DNA of 64,000 nucleotides from NCBI RefSeq assembly GCF_058153355.1, contig NZ_CM177019.1; one strand, 5' to 3'. Shown piece by piece: positions 54,028 to 62,872 of this stretch (position 1 is its first letter; each line of letters starts with the position of its first letter). The notes under the pieces were generated by a model. It saw only the letters and a program-made list of their open reading frames with translations, ran no database searches and was not told where the DNA came from. The position numbers and the translations under genes were made by a program.

Positions 54028-54648
54028 TTATCCTTTTGATAAGGCCTTGTCTACAGACCAATGATATGTGTAAATCCTGCTTCTTACCGTGCTTGGGTTT
54101 AATCCAGTTTTTTCGCAGTGTTCTGAAATTGTTGCCAGCACTCCATTGAATTTAAATAATACGGTATTACTCTTATTTCTTGCTTGCTCGATACTTTTCT
54201 GCCATTCGCAATTTGATGGTTCGTAATTACCATTGTTATCAATTCTTCCCAATGTAGTTCCGTCTGGTCTTTTTCCCATATCAGCGAAAAATAATTTAAA
54301 GTCCAGCCACCGTTCACAAACAGTTATTCCTCTTCCTCCATAGTGTTTGTATTTACTATTTCTTTCATTGAAGCATCTTGTTAACATTGAAGACCATGAC
54401 TTGTATGTTGGCGTTCCATACATGCCATGTTTGTTTTTTCTTGCTTTTGTTGTAGATGAGCGTGAGCAACCACAACTTCTTGTGTGCCCTGAACGGAGGT
54501 TGCCAGGCTGTTTAACACAAACTACTCCGCAGTCACACACACAGTTTACCAACCTTTGAGTACCACGCATTCCTGCATCACCAATAACAACTAAATTGCC
54601 AAATCTCTCGCCGGATACCTCAAGACGTCTCATTTTTTTCAAACCCAT
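54028..54648 (-). CDS. Cys-rich phage protein of a widespread family often annotated HNH-endonuclease-like
   Basis: CVCDCG...SCGCS cluster plus YKSWSSMLTRC...YGGRGITVCERW...GRIDNNGNYEPSNCEW pattern recalled from phage genomes. Confidence 0.4.
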   Translation of the reverse strand: MGLKKMRRLEVSGERFGNLVVIGDAGMRGTQRLVNCVCDCGVVCVKQPGNLRSGHTRSCGCSRSSTTKARKNKHGMYGTPTYKSWSSMLTRCFNERNSKYKHYGGRGITVCERWLDFKLFFADMGKRPDGTTLGRIDNNGNYEPSNCEWQKSIEQARNKSNTVLFKFNGVLATISEHCEKTGLNPSTVRSRIYTYHWSVDKALSKG

Positions 54649-55276
54649 AGTAAGAGCATATTATTTTATCTACTTCGTACAAATCATTATCAATAAACTG
54701 ACTATCAAACATCCCAACCGGACTTTTACAACAATCACTCCCGTTTGTCTGGGTGGAAAATGAGTATTTTCCGTTCTGTACGTGAGTTCTTAACACGATA
54801 GTGAAATAACCTTCAGGAACAAGTGTCGAATCGACTAGTTTTCCGACGGTTTTCATTCGTGTATAGCCAAAATCATCAGTTTGCGTGTGTGCCAGAATAT
54901 AAACTCTCCGAGTGTCTGCCCCTTCACCAGCAGCCCTGAACACATCCCATGCGTTTTTCCCTATCGAGGTAAATTTGTCATATCCTCTCTCATTGCATTT
55001 ACCCATTAGTTCGTTAACCATCACAGCCTGATAATCATCAATAACTACAATTTCATGCGGAGCATTAATTAGTGCCCTTACAATATTTTTAGTATTATCT
55101 GTTCTGTATATGTTCCCGTTATTGTTTTCCTTGCTTATTTTAACCCAATCACTTGATGGGAATGGTAGCGGTTTGTTTATGCACTGTATGATTAATGTTT
55201 TTTCTGGTGGTAAGTTTCTTAAACTGGTTGATTTTCCGGTGCCAGACTCACCGAGTATTAATGTCGCAGTTCCCAT
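54620..55276 (-). CDS. Sak4-like RecA-fold ATPase (phage recombination)
   Basis: Walker A GESGTGKST at the N-terminus, about 218 aa, adjacent SSB-like gene. Confidence 0.55.
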   Translation of the reverse strand: MGTATLILGESGTGKSTSLRNLPPEKTLIIQCINKPLPFPSSDWVKISKENNNGNIYRTDNTKNIVRALINAPHEIVVIDDYQAVMVNELMGKCNERGYDKFTSIGKNAWDVFRAAGEGADTRRVYILAHTQTDDFGYTRMKTVGKLVDSTLVPEGYFTIVLRTHVQNGKYSFSTQTNGSDCCKSPVGMFDSQFIDNDLYEVDKIICSYYGFEKNETS

Positions 55277-55284
55277 AATTTGCC

Positions 55285-55485
55285 TCAGAATGGTAATTCG
55301 GATGGGGAGGAAAGAAACTCGCGCTCATTCATGCGCTCTCTTTGTGCCTGCCATAAACAAAGTTGTTTCTTTGATTTATCTCCCGCTTTACGCCAGTAAC
55401 GAGCCTCAGCAATGTGATATTCTCTTTTTAATCGACTTAACTCTGGAGTTTTCGCCAGCTCTACCGGAATCATTTTGACCTCCAT
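55285..55485 (-). CDS. hypothetical small phage protein (66 aa)
   Basis: ORF only. Confidence 0.25.
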   Translation of the reverse strand: MEVKMIPVELAKTPELSRLKREYHIAEARYWRKAGDKSKKQLCLWQAQRERMNEREFLSSPSELPF

Positions 55486-55709
55486 TTTCTGTAGGCTTCG
55501 ACGGCCTCACGAAACATCTTTTCATCGCCAATAAAAGTGGCGATAGTGAATTTAGTCTGGATAGACATAAGTGTTTTATCCATTTTTGGGAACTCCTGGC
55601 TGATTAAGTACGTCGATGAGTCGTTTCCATCCGTCACGTAATTTACGGGTGATTCGTTCAAGTAAAGATTCGGAAGGGCAGCCAGCAACAGGCCACCCTG
55701 CAATGGCAT
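55470..55709 (-). CDS. hypothetical small phage protein
   Basis: ORF only. Confidence 0.25.
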   Translation of the reverse strand: MPLQGGLLLAALPNLYLNESPVNYVTDGNDSSTYLISQEFPKMDKTLMSIQTKFTIATFIGDEKMFREAVEAYRKWRSK

Positions 55710-55821
55710 ATTGCATGGTGTGCTCCTTATTTACGCTTTAAATTGCTCCGTGTATTCACTCGTTGGAATGAATACACAGTGCAGTGTTTATTCTGTTGCT
55801 TGTGCCAAAAATAAAGACCAA

Positions 55822-56460
55822 CTATGCGGCCTCGGAAGGAAGTCCAATCATCTTATTCAAATCTTCTACCCGTAAAGCAGGAAGTGCTGTACTTGCTTTA
55901 TCTGCTTCTTTTGGTAGCAATTCTTTGCTTTCAGGCCAAACTTCAATAAGTCGCTTAACTGTTGTGACTGAGTTCAAAGCAGCCCATACATTTGATTCGA
56001 TATCCTTTTTCCTGGCTTCAAGTTTTTGTTGCAATGCGCAGATTTCATCAAACCTTTTTGTTATTTCGTGTTCTGCGCTAAACATGCATTTATCTCTGGT
56101 CGGAGTAGGGAGCAATATATCTTCGCCGTTGCCGTCTTTCCCATGTGAATACCATCCAACCCTTCTGCCAGATACAGTCAGATAAATTGAAGTAGAACGA
56201 ACATCGCATGAGTAAAATGAACATCCCATCTTTTCAAGTTCTTCACTTATAGCTACCAACTTGGATGATAACTGATCCACTTCCTCAGTTTTCTTCTTCC
56301 CGCCAAACGCAACAACTCTGGCGTCAAGTGCAAGCTGGTTCTTTCGCTTTGTTACTTCTTCAAGTTCAGTGAACACCCCGGACTTAATTAAAGCGTTGCG
56401 TGCTATTACTTCTTTTATTCTCGTTGTTAAGCGGATTGATGACATATTAATTCCTCTCAA
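55822..56460 (-). CDS. hypothetical protein immediately downstream of the N-like gene
   Basis: 212-aa ORF with no recognised motif; start uncertain. Confidence 0.4.
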   Translation of the reverse strand: MRGINMSSIRLTTRIKEVIARNALIKSGVFTELEEVTKRKNQLALDARVVAFGGKKKTEEVDQLSSKLVAISEELEKMGCSFYSCDVRSTSIYLTVSGRRVGWYSHGKDGNGEDILLPTPTRDKCMFSAEHEITKRFDEICALQQKLEARKKDIESNVWAALNSVTTVKRLIEVWPESKELLPKEADKASTALPALRVEDLNKMIGLPSEAA

Positions 56461-56506
56461 ATAAGTGGTTTGCTACCTAATTTCATTTTCTGGCGACCAA
56501 CACAAG

Positions 56507-56779
56507 TCATCTTGCTGTCAGCTGTTTGGATTTCCTGTAGCCTGCCGCGTAAAGAGCTACATTTGGAAGACAAGTTGAGCCTTCATATTTTCTGGTCAAC
56601 GTTGTCAGTGTTATCACTTCTGCTCTCATTGCTGGTTTGCGCTTGCATTGCAAGACCACTCGCGAAGGGGTTGGCCTGTGTAGTTTGTCGGAGCTGATCG
56701 CCTCCTGACTTTGCAGGTTTGCACGACGAGCTCTACGGCGAGAAGCTGCGGTGCCTTTAAATTCTGTTTTTCTGGACAT
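56507..56779 (-). CDS. N-like transcription antiterminator (about 90 aa)
   Basis: Track ORF 56507..56851 trimmed to Met followed by the arginine-rich motif ASRRRARRANLQ; first gene leftward of the putative pL. Confidence 0.5.
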   Translation of the reverse strand: MSRKTEFKGTAASRRRARRANLQSQEAISSDKLHRPTPSRVVLQCKRKPAMRAEVITLTTLTRKYEGSTCLPNVALYAAGYRKSKQLTAR

Positions 56780-56896
56780 AGATTCCTCCCGAATAAACTC
56801 TGGTGATGCAATCCCGAAGCTACTCCTGAGACGGTTGCTTCTGGATTTCATCCCACAGCTTATGTGGTTGGGTGAGCTGGCTTTTCAGCCACGTAG

Positions 56897-56924
56897 TCGA
56901 GTGTTCGACGTTGTTTAAAGAGCA
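56897..56924 (-). promoter_or_regulatory. nutL-like site (boxA-like GCTCTTTAA plus short hairpin)
   Basis: Minus-strand tgctctttaaacaac-gtcgaacactcgac about 120 nt upstream of the N-like start. Confidence 0.3.
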
Positions 56925-56977
56925 TGCCAGTCTGTTCCGTTTGGCTTCCAGCGTCCTGCTGATGGCGATAATAATGA

Positions 56978-57010
56978 ACCAATAGTTCGACATTATCAAG
57001 AACTATTGGT
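56978..57010. promoter_or_regulatory. 33-bp perfect dyad (11-bp arms) overlapping a promoter-like TTGATA-N17-CATTAT; putative pL/OL region
   Basis: accaatagttc-gacattatcaa-gaactattggt read directly. Confidence 0.3.
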
Positions 57011-57212
57011 ACGAAATTTTGTGATTTATTAACTCTACGAAATATGATTTTGATATATAAGGAAATTTATTTTTGTAAAGGTTGAGGATGAAGGTAAGCG
57101 TCTTATCAGGACCGTCTGGCAAATTCCCGATGCTTTGGACAAAGTATCCACCACTAAATTAATAGTGGGTGATAAAAATGTCAGATATACAAAAAAATGC
57201 CTCTCCGGGAAG

Positions 57213-58638
57213 TAATGCCGATCAGTTAAGGATCAGTTGACCGATCCAGTGGCTGTGTAAGAATCCGGAAACGCTCACTTGTTTCCGGATTTTTTTATGC
57301 ACATTGGACAGGCTCTTGATCTGGTATCCCGTTACGATTCTCTGCGTAACCCACTGACTTCTCTGGGGGATTACCTCGACCCCGAACTCATCTCTCGTTG
57401 CCTTGCCGAATCAGGTACTGTAACGCTACGCAAGCGCCGTCTTCCCCTCGAAATGATGGTCTGGTGTATTGTTGGCATGGCGCTTGAGCGTAAAGAACCT
57501 CTTCACCAGATTGTGAATCGCCTGGACATCATGCTGCCGGGCAATCGCCCCTTCGTTGCCCCCAGTGCCGTTATTCAGGCCCGCCAGCGCCTGGGAAGTG
57601 AGGCTGTCCGCCGCGTGTTCACGAAAACAGCGCAGCTCTGGCATAACGCCACGCCGCATCCGCACTGGTGCGGCCTGACCCTGCTGGCCATCGATGGTGT
57701 GTTCTGGCGCACACCGGATACACCAGAGAACGATGCAGCCTTCCCCCGCCAGACACATGCCGGGAACCCGGCGCTCTACCCGCAGGTCAAAATGGTCTGC
57801 CAGATGGAACTGACCAGCCATCTGCTGACGGCTGCAGCCTTCGGCACGATGAAGAACAGCGAAAATGAGCTTGCTGAGCAACTTATAGAACAAACCGGCG
57901 ATAACACTCTGACGTTAATGGATAAAGGTTATTACTCACTGGGACTGTTAAATGCCTGGAGCCTGGCGGGAGAACACCGCCACTGGATGATACCTCTCAG
58001 AAAGGGAGCGCAATATGAAGAGATCAGAAAACTGGGTAAAGGCGATCATCTGGTGAAGCTGAAAACCAGCCCGCAGGCACGAAAAAAGTGGCCGGGACTG
58101 GGAAATGAAGTGACAGCCCGCCTGCTGACCGTGACGCGCAAAGGAAAAGTCTGCCATCTGCTGACGTCGATGACGGACGCCATGCGCTTCCCCGGAGGAG
58201 AAATGGCGGATCTGTACAGTCATCGCTGGGAAATCGAACTGGGATACAGGGAGATAAAACAGACGATGCAACTGAGCAGGCTGACGCTGAGAAGTAAAAA
58301 GCCGGAGCTTGTGGAGCAAGAGCTGTGGGGTGTCTTACTGGCTTATAATCTGGTGAGATATCAGATGATTAAAATGGCGGAACATCTGAAAGGTTACTGG
58401 CCGAATCAACTGAGTTTCTCAGAATCATGCGGAATGGTGATGAGAATGCTGATGACATTGCAGGGCGCTTCACCGGGACGTATACCGGAGCTGATGCGCG
58501 ATCTTGCAAGTATGGGACAACTTGTGAAATTACCGACAAGAAGGGAAAGGGCCTTCCCGAGAGTGGTAAAGGAGAGGCCCTGGAAATACCCCACAGCCCC
58601 GAAAAAGAGCCAGTCAGTTGCTTAACTGACTGGCATTA
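57213..58638 (+). mobile_element. IS4 (1426 bp), copy 2, nested inside IS66-family orfA
   Basis: Identical to copy 1; flanking target duplication ctctccgggaag. Confidence 0.9.
57297..58625 (+). CDS. insG: IS4 transposase (442 aa), copy 2
   Basis: Protein identical to copy 1 in the ORF track. Confidence 0.9.
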   Translation: MHIGQALDLVSRYDSLRNPLTSLGDYLDPELISRCLAESGTVTLRKRRLPLEMMVWCIVGMALERKEPLHQIVNRLDIMLPGNRPFVAPSAVIQARQRLGSEAVRRVFTKTAQLWHNATPHPHWCGLTLLAIDGVFWRTPDTPENDAAFPRQTHAGNPALYPQVKMVCQMELTSHLLTAAAFGTMKNSENELAEQLIEQTGDNTLTLMDKGYYSLGLLNAWSLAGEHRHWMIPLRKGAQYEEIRKLGKGDHLVKLKTSPQARKKWPGLGNEVTARLLTVTRKGKVCHLLTSMTDAMRFPGGEMADLYSHRWEIELGYREIKQTMQLSRLTLRSKKPELVEQELWGVLLAYNLVRYQMIKMAEHLKGYWPNQLSFSESCGMVMRMLMTLQGASPGRIPELMRDLASMGQLVKLPTRRERAFPRVVKERPWKYPTAPKKSQSVA

Positions 58639-59031
58639 CTCTCCGGGAAGGCCTAAAGGGTGCCTGAATTATCCTCCTGAATTCAAACAACGACTCATAG
58701 AAGCATCATTCCAGCCAGGTGTTTCAATTTCCAGACTGGCCCTGGACAATGGTATTAATGCCAATCTGTTGTTCAAATGGCGTCAGAAATGGCGGCAGGG
58801 GAAGATAAAATTGCCATCATCAGAATCAGGCAGAGAATCTCAGTTAATTCCTGTCACTATTGATGCCCAACTCCCAACTGCTCCGGCTAATGAGCCACTG
58901 ACCGCAAGACCGTCAGTAACACCGGAAATACACAGCATCTCCTGTGAGATTACGTTCAGAAACGGCACCCTTCGGTTGAACGGGGCAGTGAATGAAAATC
59001 TGCTGTCCTTGCTTATACAGGAGCTGAGACG

Positions 59032-59379
59032 GTGATATCTCTCCCTGCAGGTTCGCGTATCTGGCTGGTTGCAGGTATCACCGATATGCGAAATGGCTTT
59101 AACGGCCTGGCCTCAAAAGTTCAGAACGTCCTGAAGGATGACCCGTTCTCCGGGCATCTGTTCATCTTCCGCGGACGCCGGGGTGACCAGATAAAAGTGT
59201 TGTGGGCTGACAGTGACGGACTGTGCCTCTTCACCAGACGCCTGGAGCGGGGCCGCTTCGTCTGGCCGGTCACCCGTGACGGCAAGGTGCACCTTACTCC
59301 GGCCCAGTTATCCATGCTTCTTGAGGGCATCGACTGGAAACACCCGAAACGAACGGAACGCGCTGGCATCCGCATATAA
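59032..59379 (+). CDS. IS66-family accessory protein TnpB (orfB, 115 aa)
   Basis: MISLPAGSRIWLVAGITDMRNGFNGL... typical IS66 orfB; 4-bp overlap with orfA. Confidence 0.8.
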   Translation: MISLPAGSRIWLVAGITDMRNGFNGLASKVQNVLKDDPFSGHLFIFRGRRGDQIKVLWADSDGLCLFTRRLERGRFVWPVTRDGKVHLTPAQLSMLLEGIDWKHPKRTERAGIRI

Positions 59380-59398
59380 CCCGTTGTAAAGTGAGGAT

Positions 59399-60970
59399 AT
59401 GGACACCTCACTTGCTCATGAGAATGCCCGCCTGCGGGCACTGTTGCAGACGCAACAGGACACCATCCGCCAGATGGCGAAATACAACCGCCTGCTCTCA
59501 CAGCGGGTGGCGGCTTATGCTTCCGAAATCAACCGGCTGAAGGCGCTGGTTGCAAAACTGCAGCGCATGCAGTTCGGTAAAAGCTCAGAAAAACTTCGTG
59601 CAAAAACCGAACGGCAGATACAGGAAGCACAGGAGCGAATCAGCGCTCTTCAGGAAGAAATGGCGGAAACGCTGGGTGAGCAATATGACCCGGTACTGCC
59701 ATCTCCCCTGCGCCAGTCTTCAGCCCGTAAACCGTTACCTGCCTCACTTCCCCGTGAAACCCGGGTCATCCGTCCGGAAGAGGAATGCTGCCCGGCCTGT
59801 GGTGGCGAACTCAGTTCTCTGGGATGTGATGTGTCAGAGCAACTGGAGCTTATCAGCAGCGCCTTTAAGGTTATCGAAACACAACGTCCGAAACTGGCCT
59901 GTTGCCGGTGCGACCATATCGTGCAGGCTCCGGTGCCTTCAAAACCCATTGCACGCAGTTATGCCGGAGCGGGGCTTCTGGCCCATGTTGTCGCTGGAAA
60001 ATATGCAGACCATCTGCCGTTATACCGCCAGTCAGAAATATACCGTCGTCAGGGCGTGGAGCTGAGCCGTGCCACACTGGGGCGCTGGACAGGTGCTGTT
60101 GCTGAACTGCTGGAACCGCTGTATGACATCCTGCGCCAGTATGTGCTGATGCCCGGTAAAGTCCATGCCGATGATATCCCCGTTCCGGTCCAGGAGCCGG
60201 GCAGCGGTAAAACAAGGACTGCCCGGCTGTGGGTCTACGTTCGTGATGACCGTAACGCCGGTTCGGAAATGCCTCCGGCGGTCTGGTTCGCGTACAGCCC
60301 GGACCGGAAAGGTATCCATCCACAGAATCATCTGGCCGGTTACAGCGGAGTGCTTCAGGCCGATGCTTACGGTGGTTACCGGGCGTTGTACGAATCCGGC
60401 AGAATAACGGAAGCCGCATGTATGGCTCATGCCCGGAGAAAAATCCACGATGTGCATGCAAGAGTGCCCACCGACATCACCACGGAAGCCCTGCAGCGTA
60501 TCGGTGAACTGTATGCCATCGAGGCAGAGGTCCGGGGCTGTTCAGCAGAACAGCGTCTGGCGGCAAGAAAAGCCAGAGCCGCGCCACTGATGCAGTCACT
60601 GTATGACTGGATACAGCAACAGATGAAAACACTGTCGCGTCACTCGGACACGGCAAAAGCGTTCGCATACCTGCTGAAACAGTGGGATGCACTGAACGTG
60701 TACTGCAGTAATGGCTGGGTGGAAATCGACAACAACATCGCAGAGAACGCCTTACGGGGAGTGGCCGTAGGCCGGAAAAACTGGCTCTTCGCGGGTTCTG
60801 ACAGCGGTGGTGAACATGCTGCGGTGTTGTACTCGCTGATCGGCACATGCCGTCTGAACAATGTGGAGCCAGAAAAGTGGCTGCGTTACGTCATTGAACA
60901 TATCCAGGACTGGCCGGCAAACCGGGTACGCGATCTGTTGCCCTGGAAAGTTGATCTGAGCTCTCAGTAA
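59399..60970 (+). CDS. IS66-family transposase TnpC (523 aa)
   Basis: N-terminal coiled-coil, CxxC zinc-finger region and DDE-type core as recalled for IS66 TnpC. Confidence 0.85.
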   Translation: MDTSLAHENARLRALLQTQQDTIRQMAKYNRLLSQRVAAYASEINRLKALVAKLQRMQFGKSSEKLRAKTERQIQEAQERISALQEEMAETLGEQYDPVLPSPLRQSSARKPLPASLPRETRVIRPEEECCPACGGELSSLGCDVSEQLELISSAFKVIETQRPKLACCRCDHIVQAPVPSKPIARSYAGAGLLAHVVAGKYADHLPLYRQSEIYRRQGVELSRATLGRWTGAVAELLEPLYDILRQYVLMPGKVHADDIPVPVQEPGSGKTRTARLWVYVRDDRNAGSEMPPAVWFAYSPDRKGIHPQNHLAGYSGVLQADAYGGYRALYESGRITEAACMAHARRKIHDVHARVPTDITTEALQRIGELYAIEAEVRGCSAEQRLAARKARAAPLMQSLYDWIQQQMKTLSRHSDTAKAFAYLLKQWDALNVYCSNGWVEIDNNIAENALRGVAVGRKNWLFAGSDSGGEHAAVLYSLIGTCRLNNVEPEKWLRYVIEHIQDWPANRVRDLLPWKVDLSSQ

Positions 60971-61113
60971 ATATCAATACGGTTCTGGCGAGCCGCTTAC
61001 GGATGAAGGTGATGGGGCAGGGATCAGAATTGCGCGTTTTAGTGAGTTGTATCTATTAATTTTCAAATAAATACAATTGGTTATGTGTTATTGGGTGAAG
61101 GGGATCGAGAGGC

Positions 61114-61139
61114 AAAGAAAGCCCGGCGCTGAGGCCGGG
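61114..61139 (-). terminator. putative intrinsic terminator ending the cI-distal operon
   Basis: On the minus strand, hairpin cccggcctcagcgccggg followed by ctttcttt, about 10 nt after the stop of the 258-aa gene. Confidence 0.4.
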
Positions 61140-61146
61140 GTGATGA

Positions 61147-61923
61147 TTAAGAATTCACTCTATGGAGTATCTTTCTTGATATTGCGTTGATATCGGACAT
61201 ATCAGGAGCTATATCATTTGCTGCAAACATCAGCCTGTTGGAGTCTTTTTTGGGCAATTCAGACAAATTAGAACATATGGCAATTGAGTCAAATTGTTCA
61301 TTGTTTGCAGCAAGATGTTGCAATGTTATTGTCGTCAGTCTCGCCTTGTCCTTGTTCGCTATACCAAAAAGATACAGGGGGCGCGACGTGTTGGTTGTTA
61401 TCTTAAAGTCAATGGGATAATCTTGGCTATTCGGTACGTTTGCTAAGTAATTTTCAATAACATTATCTTCGCCAACAATATTAATAACAGCTTCTTTTAG
61501 ATCATCATAAAAACTTGACTCTGTTCTTGTTTTTGTCCACATGCCAATGTCATAAAGCCTTGTGATCCCCTGCCCAAATCTGAAAAGATTGCGCATTATT
61601 CCTGGAGTATCAGATAGAAGATAAATCTCACCATCATCATCTATCAACCCAGACTCTGTTAATAGTGAATGATATAGATTTCCTCTTGTGCCGTTGACAA
61701 TTCTATTTGTATCAAATTCGTAGCTCAATCTCATCATGGTTGTTCCCATGTCTGAGATTTTCCAACCTCCGGCATTTGGTTTTAGATATGCAACAATGAC
61801 ATCGCCATCTCTGGCAGTCATAGGCAGTGTAACGGCAACCATGCCATGACGCTGAGTTACGTACACCGAGCCACACAGGCTAGTGCAAATCTCTCTTTCT
61901 ATTGCGTCAAGGTCAATTGTCAT
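61147..61923 (-). CDS. hypothetical protein (258 aa), third gene of cI-adjacent operon
   Basis: ATG overlaps the upstream gene by 11 nt (ATGACAATTGA); no TM segment, Walker motif or other motif recognised. Confidence 0.6.
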   Translation of the reverse strand: MTIDLDAIEREICTSLCGSVYVTQRHGMVAVTLPMTARDGDVIVAYLKPNAGGWKISDMGTTMMRLSYEFDTNRIVNGTRGNLYHSLLTESGLIDDDGEIYLLSDTPGIMRNLFRFGQGITRLYDIGMWTKTRTESSFYDDLKEAVINIVGEDNVIENYLANVPNSQDYPIDFKITTNTSRPLYLFGIANKDKARLTTITLQHLAANNEQFDSIAICSNLSELPKKDSNRLMFAANDIAPDMSDINAISRKILHRVNS

Positions 61924-62404
61924 TTATCCAGTCTCTGGTCGGGTCTATTTCCGGTAGTTTCAGACCATTAATATTACAATCAGATATTAAACACATTAAA
62001 GCGGTATCACAACAGTTATACCTGTCTGTTTCGATAGCAAAATGCTCTGGTTTCCTTCCTGCCTCAATATATCTTTCAGTGGCTTTGTGTATGTGGTACT
62101 TATAGCTTACATCCTGCCCCTCTATTGGGTTTTCATGTGGATGATCGCAACCATTATATCTGATAAGTGTTACAGGCTCCCTGCCTGGGATCTCAATCCT
62201 AAGTCCACACGAAAAATTATCCGGCAAGATTGTATTCTGTCGGATGTAAAGAGTGTATTTTCTTTTCCCATCCATTGACTGCACATCATAGTTTTTTCTT
62301 CTTGATTTTCTTTGTTCAGTCCACCTTGCTTTTGGATTTTTAACTACTTTTTCCTCAGTAATGAATTGCTCAATTTGAGCATCTGTAAAAGTCACTCCAT
62401 CCAT
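61913..62404 (-). CDS. hypothetical protein (about 163 aa), second gene of cI-adjacent operon
   Basis: Track ORF 61913..62425 starts at TTG; internal ATG at 62404 preferred (MDGVTFTDAQ...); His/Cys-rich segment HPHENP...HIHK...CC. Confidence 0.55.
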   Translation of the reverse strand: MDGVTFTDAQIEQFITEEKVVKNPKARWTEQRKSRRKNYDVQSMDGKRKYTLYIRQNTILPDNFSCGLRIEIPGREPVTLIRYNGCDHPHENPIEGQDVSYKYHIHKATERYIEAGRKPEHFAIETDRYNCCDTALMCLISDCNINGLKLPEIDPTRDWINDN

Positions 62405-62470
62405 TTTCTGCCTGTTAAAAGTCAAAAAAGTATTGCATAAACAGTTGCCTATAACCAGAGGCCACTTTGG

Positions 62471-62812
62471 TCACCCAAAGAAACAGCAGTCTGGGTCTAC
62501 TCTGACGACTTCAAGCGCATCAGTCAGCGAAAGCTCAGTACTGTACTGATGCCATTTCATATCCTTCCGCATCCAATAGATTTTCCATCTATCCAGAGAA
62601 CGTATGTACTTGATTCTTGCTGATGGCAGGATGTTTGTTTCACCAGGATTGCCCTGCCACACGGGGCGCTGTTCACCGATATCTATCGTTTGGTCATTGA
62701 TGCTATAAACAATATCCAGTTCATTGCGGATATGTTCAGGCGGCCTTATGCTTTCAATGAATTGGTGAACTTCTTTTTTGACCGCTTGATATTCAAGGTC
62801 AGTGAACGCCAT
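62471..62812 (-). CDS. hypothetical protein (113 aa), first gene of cI-adjacent operon
   Basis: ATG preceded by strong RBS GAGGAGG (4-nt spacer), 60 bp after the cI stop; no motif recognised. Confidence 0.6.
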   Translation of the reverse strand: MAFTDLEYQAVKKEVHQFIESIRPPEHIRNELDIVYSINDQTIDIGEQRPVWQGNPGETNILPSARIKYIRSLDRWKIYWMRKDMKWHQYSTELSLTDALEVVRVDPDCCFFG

Positions 62813-62872
62813 CTATCCTCCTCACCCAAACGTCTCTTCAGGCCACTGGTTACCAGCTATGTGACGATGAAG

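Larger units (their letters stand above)
57178..59035 (+). pseudogene. IS66-family orfA (tnpA) interrupted after codon 11 by IS4
   Basis: MSDIQKNASPG reads up to the IS4 left end and continues after the right end and duplication as RPKGCLNYPPEFKQ... Confidence 0.6.
57094..61000 (+). mobile_element. IS66-family element (about 2.47 kb without the nested IS4)
   Basis: Ends gtaagcg... / ...cgcttac; 8-bp target duplication ggatgaag on both flanks; orfA-orfB-tnpC organisation. Confidence 0.8.

Noticed and set aside
58427-59035. 202-aa ORF in the track
   Set aside because: Chimera of the IS4 right end and the downstream part of IS66-family orfA; the true orfA starts at 57178 and is interrupted by IS4.
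59550-60065. 171-aa alternative-frame ORF inside IS66-family tnpC
   Set aside because: Same strand, different frame from the well-supported 523-aa transposase.
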